Of a stretch of DNA of 64,000 nt, positions 29,926 to 40,835 are shown piece by piece (position 1 is the first letter of the stretch; each line of letters opens with the position of its first letter). Made by a program: the position numbers and the translations under genes. Source of the stretch: an uncultured delta proteobacterium (GTDB lineage Bacteria > Desulfobacterota > Desulfobacteria > Desulfobacterales > UBA2156); assembly GCA_963736855.1 (NCBI GenBank), contig CAVTQK010000008.1:32001-96000 (forward strand), in the 5' to 3' direction. Below the pieces are notes generated by a model. That model was not told the origin of the DNA, made no database searches, and was given only the letters and a program-made list of their open reading frames with translations.

Positions 29926-31858
29926 CATCGGCGTCTCATCCGAAAAAGGTATCAATATCACCCCGGACCTGACCATCCCGAAGCTTTTTGTCAAGCAGGC
30001 CCAAAAATACGGCGTAGATCGGGTCGCCATGCGGGAAAAGGAGTTCGGCATCTGGCGTCCCATCACATGGCAACAATATCTGGATAATGTGAAACACCTG
30101 GCCTTGGGTCTGATCTCCCTGGGTCTTGAGGAGGGCGACAAGGTGTCCATGATCGGGGATAACCGTCCCCAGGGTCTCTGGGCCGAGATGGCCACCCTGT
30201 GCGCCAGAGGTATCGGCGTGTGGCTTTTCCAGGACTGTCTCATCGATGAGGTGAAATACATCATCGACCACTCGGATACCAAGTTCATCTTCGGGGAAGG
30301 ACAGGAGGAGGTTGACAAGGCCCTGTCGATCTATGACGAGTGTCCGAAGCTGAAAAAAATCATCTGGGACGATCCTAAAGGGATGCGCCACTATGATCAG
30401 GATTGTCTGATCAGCCTGAAAGAGGTCCAGGAACTCGGGGAAAAAACAGAAAAGGAAAAACCCCATCTCTTCGATGAATTGATCCAAAAGGGCCACGGTG
30501 AAGAAGTCGCTCTCCTCTTCTACACCTCCGGCACCACGGCTCTCCCAAAAGGAGCCCTCCTGTCCCACAACAATATGCTGACCATGGGAAAACATCTCAT
30601 GGAGGTTGATCCCTGCCGGAACACGGACGATTATGCTTCCTATCTTCCCTTCGCCTGGATCGGGGAACAGATGATGTCCATCTCCTGCGGGCTTCAGATC
30701 GGTTACACCATCAATTTTCCGGAAGCGCCGGAAACCGCTCAGGAGAACATCCGCGAAATCGGTCCCCACGTCATGTTTGCACCCCCGCGAATGTATGAGC
30801 AGATGACCCGAAGCGTCCAGGTCAAATATCTCGACGCAACTTGGATCAAACGCAAGTTCTATGGGCTGTCCACCAAGATCGGATATCATACGGCAGACAT
30901 GAAGTTTTCAAAAAGGCCGATCCCCTGGTACTGGAAATTTCTTGAATTATTGGCGCACTGGACCGTTCAAAAAAAGCTCAAGGACCATCTGGGTCTTTCC
31001 AGGGTGCGCAATGCCTATACCGGCGGTGCGGCCATGGGACCGGACCATTTCCGTTTCTTCCACGCCCTCGGGGTGAACTTGAAACAGATTTACGGGCAGA
31101 CGGAGGTGGCCGGCATATCGGTGGTACACCGAAGCGGCGACATTAAATTTGATACTGTGGGACACCCCATTCCAGGAACCGAAATCAACATTACTGAAGA
31201 AGGAGAGATCATCACACGGAGCCCGTCCGTCTTCCTGGGATACTACAAAAATCCGGAGGCTACGGAAAATACCTTGAGAAACGGCTGGCTTTACTCCGGA
31301 GACAAGGGATTTATCGACGATGACGGCCACCTGGTGGTCTTCGACCGGACCAAGGACGTCTTCACCCTTAAAGACGGCAGGCCCTTTGCACCCCAGTACC
31401 TGGAAACCCGCTTGAAATTCAGCCCTTATATCAAGGATTCTTGGGTTATCGGAGACAAGCGGGACTTCATCAGCGCTGTCATGTGCATCGACTACACCGT
31501 GGTAGGAAAATGGGCCGATGAAAAGAAGCTTAACTACACCAGCTACCAGGAACTTTCCCAGATGCCGGAGGTCTATAACCTGGTGGAACAACAGATCCGT
31601 CAGGCCAACAAGGACCTTCCGGCAGTGGCCAAAGTGCACCGTTTCACGAACCTGTACAAGGAACTCGACCCTGATGATGACGAACTCACCCGTACTCGAA
31701 AACTCAGGCGGGCCTTCGTGGAAAAACGTTACCAGGAAATTATTGATGCCATCTATTCGAACAGGGACGCTATCCACATCGATACCATCATCAAGTACGA
31801 GGACGGACGGCAAGCGCATATTAAAACGGACATGAGGATTGTGACCCTCAAGGATTAG
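29909..31858 (+). CDS. Long-chain acyl-CoA synthetase (ABC-operon type)
   Basis: YTSGTTALPKG, YGQTE, LTRTRKL. Confidence 0.9.
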   Translation: MQQDGSIGVSSEKGINITPDLTIPKLFVKQAQKYGVDRVAMREKEFGIWRPITWQQYLDNVKHLALGLISLGLEEGDKVSMIGDNRPQGLWAEMATLCARGIGVWLFQDCLIDEVKYIIDHSDTKFIFGEGQEEVDKALSIYDECPKLKKIIWDDPKGMRHYDQDCLISLKEVQELGEKTEKEKPHLFDELIQKGHGEEVALLFYTSGTTALPKGALLSHNNMLTMGKHLMEVDPCRNTDDYASYLPFAWIGEQMMSISCGLQIGYTINFPEAPETAQENIREIGPHVMFAPPRMYEQMTRSVQVKYLDATWIKRKFYGLSTKIGYHTADMKFSKRPIPWYWKFLELLAHWTVQKKLKDHLGLSRVRNAYTGGAAMGPDHFRFFHALGVNLKQIYGQTEVAGISVVHRSGDIKFDTVGHPIPGTEINITEEGEIITRSPSVFLGYYKNPEATENTLRNGWLYSGDKGFIDDDGHLVVFDRTKDVFTLKDGRPFAPQYLETRLKFSPYIKDSWVIGDKRDFISAVMCIDYTVVGKWADEKKLNYTSYQELSQMPEVYNLVEQQIRQANKDLPAVAKVHRFTNLYKELDPDDDELTRTRKLRRAFVEKRYQEIIDAIYSNRDAIHIDTIIKYEDGRQAHIKTDMRIVTLKD

Positions 31859-31913
31859 GCGGGGCGGGGCTAATGTGCCCTTCCGAACCGGAAGTTACAA
31901 AAGGAGGACGTTC

Positions 31914-32798
31914 ATGGAGTTGTTGCTGATGGCGCTGACGACGGGGATCATGGTGGGCGGGATTTACGCCCTCGTGGCGCTGGGATGGGTGCTCATTTAT
32001 AAATGCTCCGGGGTCTTGAATCTGGCCATGGGTGAACTCACCCTCATCGGCGCATACGTCTCCCTGAGTTTTTATTCAATGGGAATTCCTTTTCTGCTTT
32101 CCCTCCTCTTTTCTCTGATTATCGGCCTGGTCTTAGGGATTTTGACTGAGCGCATCTTTTTAGACAGACTCATCGGCGAGCCTGTTTTAACGGTGATCAT
32201 GGTCACCGTGGGGCTGTCCTTTTTCTTCAAGGGAACCGTGGAGTTCATCTGGGGAGTCGACACACGGGCCTTTAATCCGCCGGTCTTTTCCATGGAACCG
32301 ATGCGGATCGGCCCTTTGATCATCGGGAAGGTTTATCTTTGGAGTTTTCTAGCCGCGCTCATCCTTCTGGTCGCTTTCGTCAGCTTCTTCAAATACACCC
32401 GCTGGGGCCTGGCCATGCAGGCGACCGCAGACGATGAAATGGCGGCTCTTTCTTTAGGGGTTTCCGCCCGGTTCGTCTATGCGGCGGCCTGGGCTATCGC
32501 TTTCATGGCCGCCGGCGTGGGAGGGACCCTTTTAGGCAATATCAACGGCCTGAACATTTCCGTGGGTTACCTGGGATTGCTGGTGCTCCCTGCAGTGGTT
32601 TTTGGTGGGCTCAACTCCGTTCCCGGCGCCATTGTCGGAGGCATCGTTATCGGCATCCTCGAAAACCTCAGCGGCGCGTATCTGGACAAATACTTTCCCG
32701 GCGGGGTCAAGGAAATCGCGCCCTTTGCATTCATGGCGGTGTTTCTCCTCTTCAAGCCCTATGGGCTATGGGGATGGGAACGGATCGAACGGGTGTAA
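31914..32798 (+). CDS. livH: ABC permease (LivH-like)
   Basis: YALVALG...LNLAMG; multi-TM. Confidence 0.88.
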   Translation: MELLLMALTTGIMVGGIYALVALGWVLIYKCSGVLNLAMGELTLIGAYVSLSFYSMGIPFLLSLLFSLIIGLVLGILTERIFLDRLIGEPVLTVIMVTVGLSFFFKGTVEFIWGVDTRAFNPPVFSMEPMRIGPLIIGKVYLWSFLAALILLVAFVSFFKYTRWGLAMQATADDEMAALSLGVSARFVYAAAWAIAFMAAGVGGTLLGNINGLNISVGYLGLLVLPAVVFGGLNSVPGAIVGGIVIGILENLSGAYLDKYFPGGVKEIAPFAFMAVFLLFKPYGLWGWERIERV

Positions 32799-32810
32799 AA
32801 GGAGCGTTTT

Positions 32811-33914
32811 ATGTCGACGACTTGGCTTCCCTGCGGCGATTACCATCAGTCTTATCGCGAAGACCATGCATGGTTCCAGACCCGATTCATCAAGGGAAAG
32901 ATGATCCTTTTAGGGCTTGTCCTTTTCATCTTCATTCCTCTGATGGGGGAAACATATTCATTCAGCGTCTGCAACCAGATAGGTTACACCGCTCTCGGCG
33001 CCCTGGGAGTGCAGCTCCTGATCGGCTTCTGCGGACAGGTGACCTTAGGGCATGCGGCCTTCATCGCCGTCGGTGCCTATACCAGCACCCTATTGATCCT
33101 TGAATTCCCCTGGCCACAGATCATCCTGGACATCGGGCTCGCCTATCCCATCAGCATCTTCATCGCCGCCGTCACAGCAGGGCTCTGGAGCGTGCTGTTC
33201 GGCCTTCCGTCGGCACGGGTCAAGGGATTTTACCTGATCCTGACCACCATGGCCGCCCAGTTCATCACGGTGGATTTTATCATCACCCAGTATGTTTCCC
33301 AGATCGGCGGACGCGGGCAGGCCTTTTCCCTGCCGCCGGGGACCATCAAAATAGGGCCATGGGTGATCGATTCGGACCTGAAAGTCTATTATATGATGAT
33401 CGTTCTCACGAGCTTGTGCATCATCGGCCTGGCCAACCTTCTTCGATCCAGGGCGGGACGCGCCTGGGTGGCAATCCGGGACAACGACATCTCCGCCGAA
33501 GTCATGGGGATCAATGTCATCAAGTACAAGCTTCTCGCATTTTTCGTCGCCGGGTTTATCGGAGGGGTCGCCGGAGCCTTCTGGATCAGCAATCTGGCAG
33601 CCATCAGCCCCGAGCATTTCCAGTGGTTCTGGTCCCTCTGGCTGGTAGGGGTCATCCTCATCGGGGGCGTTGGGTCCATTCATGGAGCCATATTCGGTTC
33701 CATCTTCATGGTCGTGGTCATGGAATTACTCCAATTGGCGGTCATTCCTCTGGCCGATGAATATCCAAAGTTGCTGATGGATTTTCTCTTCGTTAAGGAG
33801 GCCGCCTTCGGCCTGGCCATCTGCGTCTTCATGATCTTCGAGCCCTATGGGCTAGCCTATAGATGGTGGCAAGTGAAAAATTATTTCAATCTCTGGCCCT
33901 TTTCTTATCGATGA
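32811..33914 (+). CDS. livM: ABC permease (LivM-like)
   Basis: GQVTLGHAAF, GRAWVAIRDN; multi-TM. Confidence 0.88.
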   Translation: MSTTWLPCGDYHQSYREDHAWFQTRFIKGKMILLGLVLFIFIPLMGETYSFSVCNQIGYTALGALGVQLLIGFCGQVTLGHAAFIAVGAYTSTLLILEFPWPQIILDIGLAYPISIFIAAVTAGLWSVLFGLPSARVKGFYLILTTMAAQFITVDFIITQYVSQIGGRGQAFSLPPGTIKIGPWVIDSDLKVYYMMIVLTSLCIIGLANLLRSRAGRAWVAIRDNDISAEVMGINVIKYKLLAFFVAGFIGGVAGAFWISNLAAISPEHFQWFWSLWLVGVILIGGVGSIHGAIFGSIFMVVVMELLQLAVIPLADEYPKLLMDFLFVKEAAFGLAICVFMIFEPYGLAYRWWQVKNYFNLWPFSYR

Positions 33915-34008
33915 ATCCAAATACAGTTGGAAGGAGGTGATTGTCGGCATCGGCAGTTTCGGTTAGGGTATCAATTTTCCTTTACTCAACATGCGAAGGG
34001 GGATGACT

Positions 34009-35256
34009 ATGGATCTGAAAAAGAAATGGTTTAAGTTCGTGGCGGTCATTTTTATCCCGGCCCTCATTTTCGGCATTTCCGCGAGTGCTCTCGCCGCCGA
34101 AGTGAAGGTCGGCGCACTCAACGACGTCACGGGAGCCACGTCCGATGTGGGCAAAGACTATGCCTTAGGGATTGCGGATGCCATCCGATATGTCAATGAC
34201 AACGGAGGCATCAACGGCAAACCGATTAAACTGTACCAGTTCGACTACGGCTACCGGATTCCCGAAGCCCTCACCAAGTACAAGCTCTTCAAACGGCTTG
34301 GCTGCGTGGCGGTTCTCGGATGGGGCACCGGAGATACCGAAGCCCTGTCTCCGACCGTCACCCAGGATAAAATGCCCTATGTGAGCGCTTCATACAGCGC
34401 ACACCTGACAAACCCGGCGAAGACGCCTTACAACCTGTTCGCCGCCACCGACTACTCCACCAATGCCAGGGCCGCCATCACGGCATGGTATGACACCCGC
34501 TGGAAAAAGAACCCGGAATTCGGAAAACGGAAACCCAAGTTCGTCTGCAGCTACCACTTCGCCCATCCGTATTGCAGCGCGCCCATCAAAGCCATCAAGG
34601 ATCAGGCCGAATTGTTGGGGTTTGAAGTGGGTCCGGATCAGAATGTTTCGCTGGTGGCCATTGACACAAAGAGCCAGGTTTTGGCCATGAAAGACTATGG
34701 TGCGGACCTGGTCTGGCACGGCAACACCACCATGTCGGTATCCGCCACCGTCCGGGACGCCTTCGCCCTCGGTCTCAAAGCCGATCATATCGTAAACTGC
34801 TGGGGCTTCGATGAAAACCTCGTAAAACTAGCCGGAAAGGCCGCTGAAGGTGTTTTTGGTGCCCCAAGGTGCGCATTCTTTGGCGAAAATGTGAAAAACA
34901 TGGACAAGGTCGTGGAATATGCCAAAAAATATAACCCAGGCGTTCCTCTGGAAAATCGTACAACCCACACCATTGGCGCATGGGCAAACACGCTTGCGTT
35001 GTGGGAAGCCATGAAACGGGCCGACAAGGCCGGCGATCTGACCGGAGAGGGGATCCTGAAAAAGGGATTTGAAACGATCCGTGATTTCGATATCGGGCTT
35101 GGTGTGCAGCCACTGAACTATACCTCAACGGATCATCGTACCGCAGGAAAAGTTTCAATTTACGAGATCAAGAACGGGAAGTTCCAACTGGTGGAGCTTG
35201 TGGATTTGAAGGGTCGTTGGCCGGAAAAATGGGAAAAGGAGTGGCTGGGCTGGTAG
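34009..35256 (+). CDS. ABC substrate-binding protein (LivK-like)
   Basis: Signal peptide, NDNGGINGK, GWGTGDT. Confidence 0.88.
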   Translation: MDLKKKWFKFVAVIFIPALIFGISASALAAEVKVGALNDVTGATSDVGKDYALGIADAIRYVNDNGGINGKPIKLYQFDYGYRIPEALTKYKLFKRLGCVAVLGWGTGDTEALSPTVTQDKMPYVSASYSAHLTNPAKTPYNLFAATDYSTNARAAITAWYDTRWKKNPEFGKRKPKFVCSYHFAHPYCSAPIKAIKDQAELLGFEVGPDQNVSLVAIDTKSQVLAMKDYGADLVWHGNTTMSVSATVRDAFALGLKADHIVNCWGFDENLVKLAGKAAEGVFGAPRCAFFGENVKNMDKVVEYAKKYNPGVPLENRTTHTIGAWANTLALWEAMKRADKAGDLTGEGILKKGFETIRDFDIGLGVQPLNYTSTDHRTAGKVSIYEIKNGKFQLVELVDLKGRWPEKWEKEWLGW

Positions 35257-35303
35257 TTGTATGAAGCGCTGGATGCGCGGCAGCTCGAATACCCCTGAGG
35301 AGG

Positions 35304-36125
35304 TTGAGCACATTGTCCAGCAACACGATGATCTTGAAGATCAATAACATCGAAGTCAAGTATCACGAGGTGATCCTGGTCATCAAAGGTGTCTCCATCG
35401 AGGTGCCGGAGGGAGGTATCATCGCCCTTCTGGGGGCCAATGGTGCGGGAAAGAGCACGATCCTGAAAGCCATTTCCGGCCTGTTGAAGCATGAGAACGG
35501 CCAGGTGACCGACGGTTCCATCGAGTTTTTGGGAGAACGGATCGACCGGATAAGCCCTGAAAAAATCGCCAAGATGGGAATCGTCCAGGTCATCGAAGGT
35601 CGCCGGGTCTTCGAACACCTCACCGTAGAACAGAACCTGAAAGTGGGCGCTCACATGCGCAAATACGGGCGGTCTATCAAGGAAGGCCTGGAAATGGTGT
35701 ACCATTATTTTCCCAGGCTGCGCGAAAAGCGAAACGAGGTGGCGGGATTAGTCAGCGGCGGAGAACAACAGATGACCGTTGTGGGACGAGCGCTCATGAC
35801 CCACCCCAAGCTGATCCTGCTCGATGAGCCTTCCATGGGACTGGCACCGCTTTTGATCCACGAGATCTTCAATATCATCACTCAGCTCAATAAGGAGGAA
35901 AAAATCTCCATTCTCCTGGTGGAGCAGAACGCCAAGCTGGCACTGAATGTGGCCCCTTACGCCTATGTCCTGGAAAACGGGCGCATCGTTATGAACGATT
36001 CCGCCGAAAAACTCAGGGAGAACCCGGACATTAAGGATTTCTACCTGGGGATGACCGATTTTGGGGGAAGAAAAAGCTTCCGTGATGTCAAGCACTACAA
36101 GCGAAGAAAGCGATGGTTGACCTAA
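35304..36125 (+). CDS. livF: ABC transporter ATP-binding protein (LivF-like)
   Basis: GANGAGKS, SGGEQQM, LDEPSMGLAP. Confidence 0.9.
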   Translation: MSTLSSNTMILKINNIEVKYHEVILVIKGVSIEVPEGGIIALLGANGAGKSTILKAISGLLKHENGQVTDGSIEFLGERIDRISPEKIAKMGIVQVIEGRRVFEHLTVEQNLKVGAHMRKYGRSIKEGLEMVYHYFPRLREKRNEVAGLVSGGEQQMTVVGRALMTHPKLILLDEPSMGLAPLLIHEIFNIITQLNKEEKISILLVEQNAKLALNVAPYAYVLENGRIVMNDSAEKLRENPDIKDFYLGMTDFGGRKSFRDVKHYKRRKRWLT

Positions 36126-36154
36126 ACCCATGATGTGAAGCAGGGAGGTAAAAT

Positions 36155-36751
36155 ATGCGAGAAAAATCGACGATCTTTACGTTTATAAGCGTTTTGGCCG
36201 TCGTCGCCTTCATGGCCGGATGCGCCGGCATGACGGCCAAACCCACTGATAAGAATTTCAAAGCCCCGGGGGTCACCCTCAGTCACATGGAAGTTCAATC
36301 CTACTGGGGATGGTGGTTCTACGATGCTAAGATCGAACCGACCAAGGGAAAAGCGGGGGCCAACGGAGCTCCTCTGGTTCTGGCGTTTATCTTCAATGTA
36401 AACAACCCCAATGACTTCCCGGTGTTGATGGAAAAAATGCAGTTTACCGTGGGGTTCGAAGATTTTGACATCAATACCCAAGGCTCCAGCGAAGCCATGT
36501 GGATCCCGGCCGGAAAAACCAACCAGGTTCGGGTGATCGCCGTCCAGGATCCTGGTGTCACCTCAGGGAGCCTGATGGTCGCAAGCGGAGACAAGGTGAA
36601 GGCCTCGGGAAAGGGGCCTATGGATCTTATCGAAAACTGGTGGACTCAAATTCCGGACTTTACTTTCCCGATCCATGCACGGAACGGATCCGCTGTCTTT
36701 AAGGCCGACGGGATTGTCAAAGCGGTGGGATTTAATGTAAAATTCCCATAA
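36155..36751 (+). CDS. Lipoprotein, LEA14-like fold
   Basis: Lipobox MAG-C; NVNNPNDFPV motif. Confidence 0.7.
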   Translation: MREKSTIFTFISVLAVVAFMAGCAGMTAKPTDKNFKAPGVTLSHMEVQSYWGWWFYDAKIEPTKGKAGANGAPLVLAFIFNVNNPNDFPVLMEKMQFTVGFEDFDINTQGSSEAMWIPAGKTNQVRVIAVQDPGVTSGSLMVASGDKVKASGKGPMDLIENWWTQIPDFTFPIHARNGSAVFKADGIVKAVGFNVKFP

Positions 36752-36782
36752 ACCGGGTATCGGGATTTTTTGAATAACCTAT

Positions 36783-36831
36783 TTCCGCTCCGTGGCCTCT
36801 AGGAATGCGAGACCACGGAGCGGAACTTTTT
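36783..36831 (+). terminator. Rho-independent terminator
   Basis: TTCCGCTCCGTGG...CCACGGAGCGGAA 13-bp stem plus T-run. Confidence 0.75.
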
Positions 36832-36946
36832 CATGCTCTCCACCCGCTTACCCCTTGAATCCTCAAGTCTTTCAGTGATAGGAACTGATTGTGGTTATTA
36901 GATCCCGGTGAAACTATCAACCCTTTATCCATAAGAGACAAGAAAC

Positions 36947-38467
36947 ATGGGCTTGCACGATCTTACCTTTTACGACGTCATCAATCGAAACGCCACGACT
37001 TTCGGGAATAGATCGGCCTGGTATGAGGCCGACGACGAACGAAATCTCACTTTTAAGGAAGTCAAAGAAAGGGTCGATCGGCTTGCCGTCGGGCTTCAGG
37101 GAATCGGCCTTAAAAAAGGGGATCGCATCGGAGTTTATGGGAAAAACAGCCTGGAGTATTTCCTTCTTTATGGAGCCGCGGCCGCCATCGGTGCCATCGT
37201 GCTTCCCGTGAACTGGAGGTTAAGCGCTGATGAAGCGGCATTCAATCTCAATGACGGTACTCCGAAGGCCCTTTTCATGGATCCCGAATTCCAGGAATCG
37301 ATTCAAAAGAACAGAGACCGGTTTCCGTCGATTCGGTCCTTTTATAGTCTGAGGCCCGGCGGTGTCTATGACAGGTTGGATTCGCTGATGACCGGATCGG
37401 CCGGTTTCCGGGTTGCGGATGTCGCCACGGATGATGGTTTTGTGATCATTCACACCGCAGCGGTTGACGGAAGGCCCCGGGGGGCGATGCTCAGCCATGG
37501 GAACGTCCTTTGCGCCGATATTCATCTGAATCTGTGTTTCAATCTTTCTTCGCAGGACGTTCACCTAAATCTTTTGCCCCTATTCCATGTGGGAGGATTA
37601 TTCATGGCGACCAACGCGTTTCACGCCGGTGCCCTGAATGTCAACATGAGCAAGTTTGAAGCCAAAAAAGCGGTTTCTCTGATCGAAGAAAGGGGGGTGA
37701 CCGTTTTTTTCGAGTTTCCGCCGATCCTTTCTTCCATCCTTCAGGCGCATCAGGAAACGGGAAAAGAGATTCGATCGCTGAAAGCCGTTTTAGGCTTAGG
37801 CGTTCCTGAGACCATCCGGGCCTTTCAAGAAACCACGGGCGGCACCTTCTATTGCATGTACGGACAAACTGAAACCTCGTGCCTGGCCACCATGGGACGT
37901 TACGACGACAGGCCCGGTTCGGCCGGAAAAATCATCCCTTTGTCGGACTTACGACTCGTGGACGAGAACGACCACCCGGTGTCGACCGGCCAGGTGGGGG
38001 AAATCGTCATGAGAGGCCCGATGGTCTTCAAGGGATATTGGGAACTTCCGGAGGATACGGCGCATACTTTTCGGGGCGGGTGGCACCATACCGGGGATAT
38101 GGGCCGGTTCGATGAAGACGGATTTTTGTTTTACGCGGGCCGGAAAGCCGAAAAGGAATTGATCAAACCCGGAGGGGAAAACGTCTATCCCGCGGAGGTG
38201 GAAAAAGCGATTCTCCAACATCCTGATGTGGAGGCCGTCGTCGTATTCGGGGTACCGGATCCGAAATGGAAAGAAGGCATCAAAGCCGTCTGCCGTCTCA
38301 GAACCGGGGCCGTACTCGAACCCAGAGAACTCATCCGATTCGTAGGAGAACGCATCGCCAGTTTCAAGAAGCCACAATATGTACAATTCGTCGCTGAAAT
38401 CCCGGTAAAAACAGACGGATCTCCGGATCGCACCCAAGTCAAAGCACTCTACGGCGGTCCCCAATAA
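36947..38467 (+). CDS. AMP-binding (acyl-CoA ligase-like) protein with non-canonical motifs
   Basis: YGQTE, HTGDMG, IKPGGENVYPAEVE; P-loop reads HTAAVDGRPRG. Confidence 0.85.
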   Translation: MGLHDLTFYDVINRNATTFGNRSAWYEADDERNLTFKEVKERVDRLAVGLQGIGLKKGDRIGVYGKNSLEYFLLYGAAAAIGAIVLPVNWRLSADEAAFNLNDGTPKALFMDPEFQESIQKNRDRFPSIRSFYSLRPGGVYDRLDSLMTGSAGFRVADVATDDGFVIIHTAAVDGRPRGAMLSHGNVLCADIHLNLCFNLSSQDVHLNLLPLFHVGGLFMATNAFHAGALNVNMSKFEAKKAVSLIEERGVTVFFEFPPILSSILQAHQETGKEIRSLKAVLGLGVPETIRAFQETTGGTFYCMYGQTETSCLATMGRYDDRPGSAGKIIPLSDLRLVDENDHPVSTGQVGEIVMRGPMVFKGYWELPEDTAHTFRGGWHHTGDMGRFDEDGFLFYAGRKAEKELIKPGGENVYPAEVEKAILQHPDVEAVVVFGVPDPKWKEGIKAVCRLRTGAVLEPRELIRFVGERIASFKKPQYVQFVAEIPVKTDGSPDRTQVKALYGGPQ

Positions 38468-38526
38468 AAAACAGAGCTTCGCCTATTTCCCGGGTCAAAA
38501 AATCTCGCGGATTAGAAAGTCAAACC

Positions 38527-40293
38527 ATGCATGATGCAGCCGGACTAAAAGATCGGATTAGGATCATTGAAGAAACCTACCGCACTTACGATCTGATGAG
38601 ATCTCGGGGAGAAACCCTCTCCGCTTTAAGCCGATTTGAACATGAAACCCGAGAACTCGCTCAAACCCCGGAGATCGACGCCGTCATCCGATGGTATAAG
38701 AATCTTTTTTTACAAAAATGCTATTTCTTCCCCAGGGCAGAACAACTCCTGGATGAAGCGCTGTGTATCCTCGAGGATGCCGATGATCCGGTGCTGAAGC
38801 CATGGAAACTGCGTATTTTCATTTCATTGGGTTATGTTCACCGGGCCCGGTGTAATTATGCCGATGCCGACACCTACCTCAATGACGCACTGACCCTGGC
38901 GCAATCCGATCCCGCGCTTTCCTATTTCCTTGGAGAGATCTATTCCCTGCTGGGAAGCGTCAACCTGCTGCTTCATCGGAATGATCTGGCGCAAAAGTAT
39001 GCCGGAAAAGAAAAGGAGATCTCTTGGAATCGATACAGAGAAGTCCCGGACGATGCATCCCGTGCGTTGACCTATGGCTTTTCTCTTGTCAATTGCTCTC
39101 GCGTTCATCGAAAAATCGGGCTCATTCAAGTCGTCGACCGTGCTGAGCTGGAGACGGCCATCGACACATTTTCCCGGTTCAAACACCAAAAAGGGCTTGC
39201 CATCGCCCGACTGGAACTTGCCGAATACCTGTGTGACACCAATGCCGTAGATGAAGGCCTGAAGATCGCCATTTCCCTTGAATCGGACTTTTCCGCGATC
39301 GGGATGCTCTCAGAGCGCATCCTTGCCGGTCTGATCGTTATGAAATCATTTCATAAGATCTATCTTTTCGACCAGACACGAAAAAAAGGGGAAGATATCC
39401 TGGCATTTGCAACGGCGAACGGGCTCGAATCCGACCGAGTAATGACGGATGTTTATTATGAAATTGGAATTTGCCAATATGAAATGAACGAAGAGAAAGC
39501 GGCGATGGTCTGTTTCAGGAAGGCCGCACGTCTCGGTATGGTGCACGGGATGAAAAGCGCCATCGTCCGGTCCTTCAGTGCCGCACGAAAAATCGATGCG
39601 CATCAGGCCGAGGCGCTGCTGACTTCGGATCTCGTCTATCAGGATGCGGCTTTTATCCGAAACAGGGTGGAACGGACCATCAATCCTTTCAAAGAAGCCC
39701 GCACCAAGTTGAAAATCCCCGCCTCCACTCTTTTTTTGGACATCGTCGATTTTTCCAATATCATGATGCGCTCCGATGAAGACATGACGGTCAAGATGGT
39801 GGATGAACTCATCGACCGGATCTGCCTGATTATTTATATGTATGGGGGATACATAGACAAATTCCTGGGGGATGGGGTGATGGCCATCTTTGAACACGGA
39901 AAAACGCTCCTTCCTTCCATAGCGCTGAACACCGTAAAATGCGGACTTGACATTCTTCGCGCACTGAAGCACAAAAACTATAAGTTAAAAAAACACTTTA
40001 AAGCCAAACAAAATATCCAAGTCCGAATCGGAATCAGCACCGGTGAGATTTACGCCATGCTGCTGGGAAACTACATCAAGACCGAATTCACCTACCTGGG
40101 AAACTCTGTAAACCTGGCTTCCAAGCTTGAAAAACAGGCGGCCGGCCACATGGTTCTCATCGACGAAAAAACGCGAGAGCTGGCTGAGGAAGAGATCTTA
40201 TCCGAGCCTGTGCCGGTCACGATTCCGGGGATCGGGGAGACCATCGCCCATCGCGTGGTCCGTCTCAAACGCAAAATTGAAAGGAGCCCGTAA
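38527..40293 (+). CDS. TPR-like helical repeat protein with C-terminal class III adenylate/guanylate cyclase
   Basis: LFLDIVDFS, DKFLGDG, RIGISTG, GNSVNLASKLE. Confidence 0.85.
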   Translation: MHDAAGLKDRIRIIEETYRTYDLMRSRGETLSALSRFEHETRELAQTPEIDAVIRWYKNLFLQKCYFFPRAEQLLDEALCILEDADDPVLKPWKLRIFISLGYVHRARCNYADADTYLNDALTLAQSDPALSYFLGEIYSLLGSVNLLLHRNDLAQKYAGKEKEISWNRYREVPDDASRALTYGFSLVNCSRVHRKIGLIQVVDRAELETAIDTFSRFKHQKGLAIARLELAEYLCDTNAVDEGLKIAISLESDFSAIGMLSERILAGLIVMKSFHKIYLFDQTRKKGEDILAFATANGLESDRVMTDVYYEIGICQYEMNEEKAAMVCFRKAARLGMVHGMKSAIVRSFSAARKIDAHQAEALLTSDLVYQDAAFIRNRVERTINPFKEARTKLKIPASTLFLDIVDFSNIMMRSDEDMTVKMVDELIDRICLIIYMYGGYIDKFLGDGVMAIFEHGKTLLPSIALNTVKCGLDILRALKHKNYKLKKHFKAKQNIQVRIGISTGEIYAMLLGNYIKTEFTYLGNSVNLASKLEKQAAGHMVLIDEKTRELAEEEILSEPVPVTIPGIGETIAHRVVRLKRKIERSP

Positions 40294-40294
40294 C

Positions 40295-40774
40295 ATGGTT
40301 CGAACAGAGATTTCCCTTTTCATGAAAAATGTTCCCGGGGAGCTCGGAAAGCTCGCCTCCCTTTTCGCCGGTGAAAACATCAACATCGATGCTCTCACGA
40401 TTCAGGACGCTTCCGCCTATGTTCAGGAGCTGTTCAGGGCACGGGGAAAATCCCTCAAGCGGATCGCATCGGTTGCAAGCTACAATTCCATGAGAAAAGA
40501 CTCCGCCGAGTTCGCCCTGATCCGTCTTTTGGTGAATCAGACCGACAAGGCTATTGATCTGCTCTCCAAATACGAATATGTCTTCGATATCATGCCGGTC
40601 ATTGCCATCGAATTGGATAACCGACCCGGCGCATTGGCTGAAGTGACGACCAAATTTGGGGAAGAAGGAATCAATATCAACTATGTCTATGGATCCGTCT
40701 CCTCCCCGGATCAAAAGTGCCTGTTCGTTTTCTGCCCGGAAGACATCGAGCTTGCCTCCAAAATTTTCCAATAG
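40295..40774 (+). CDS. Tandem ACT-domain protein
   Basis: ISLFMKNVPGEL...NINI; LDNRPGAL...ININYVY. Confidence 0.8.
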   Translation: MVRTEISLFMKNVPGELGKLASLFAGENINIDALTIQDASAYVQELFRARGKSLKRIASVASYNSMRKDSAEFALIRLLVNQTDKAIDLLSKYEYVFDIMPVIAIELDNRPGALAEVTTKFGEEGININYVYGSVSSPDQKCLFVFCPEDIELASKIFQ

Positions 40775-40835
40775 GCCGCAAACTCCGGGTGAGTCGAAAC
40801 CCGATTGGCAGGTAAAGGAGGGGTTCGCACCGATC

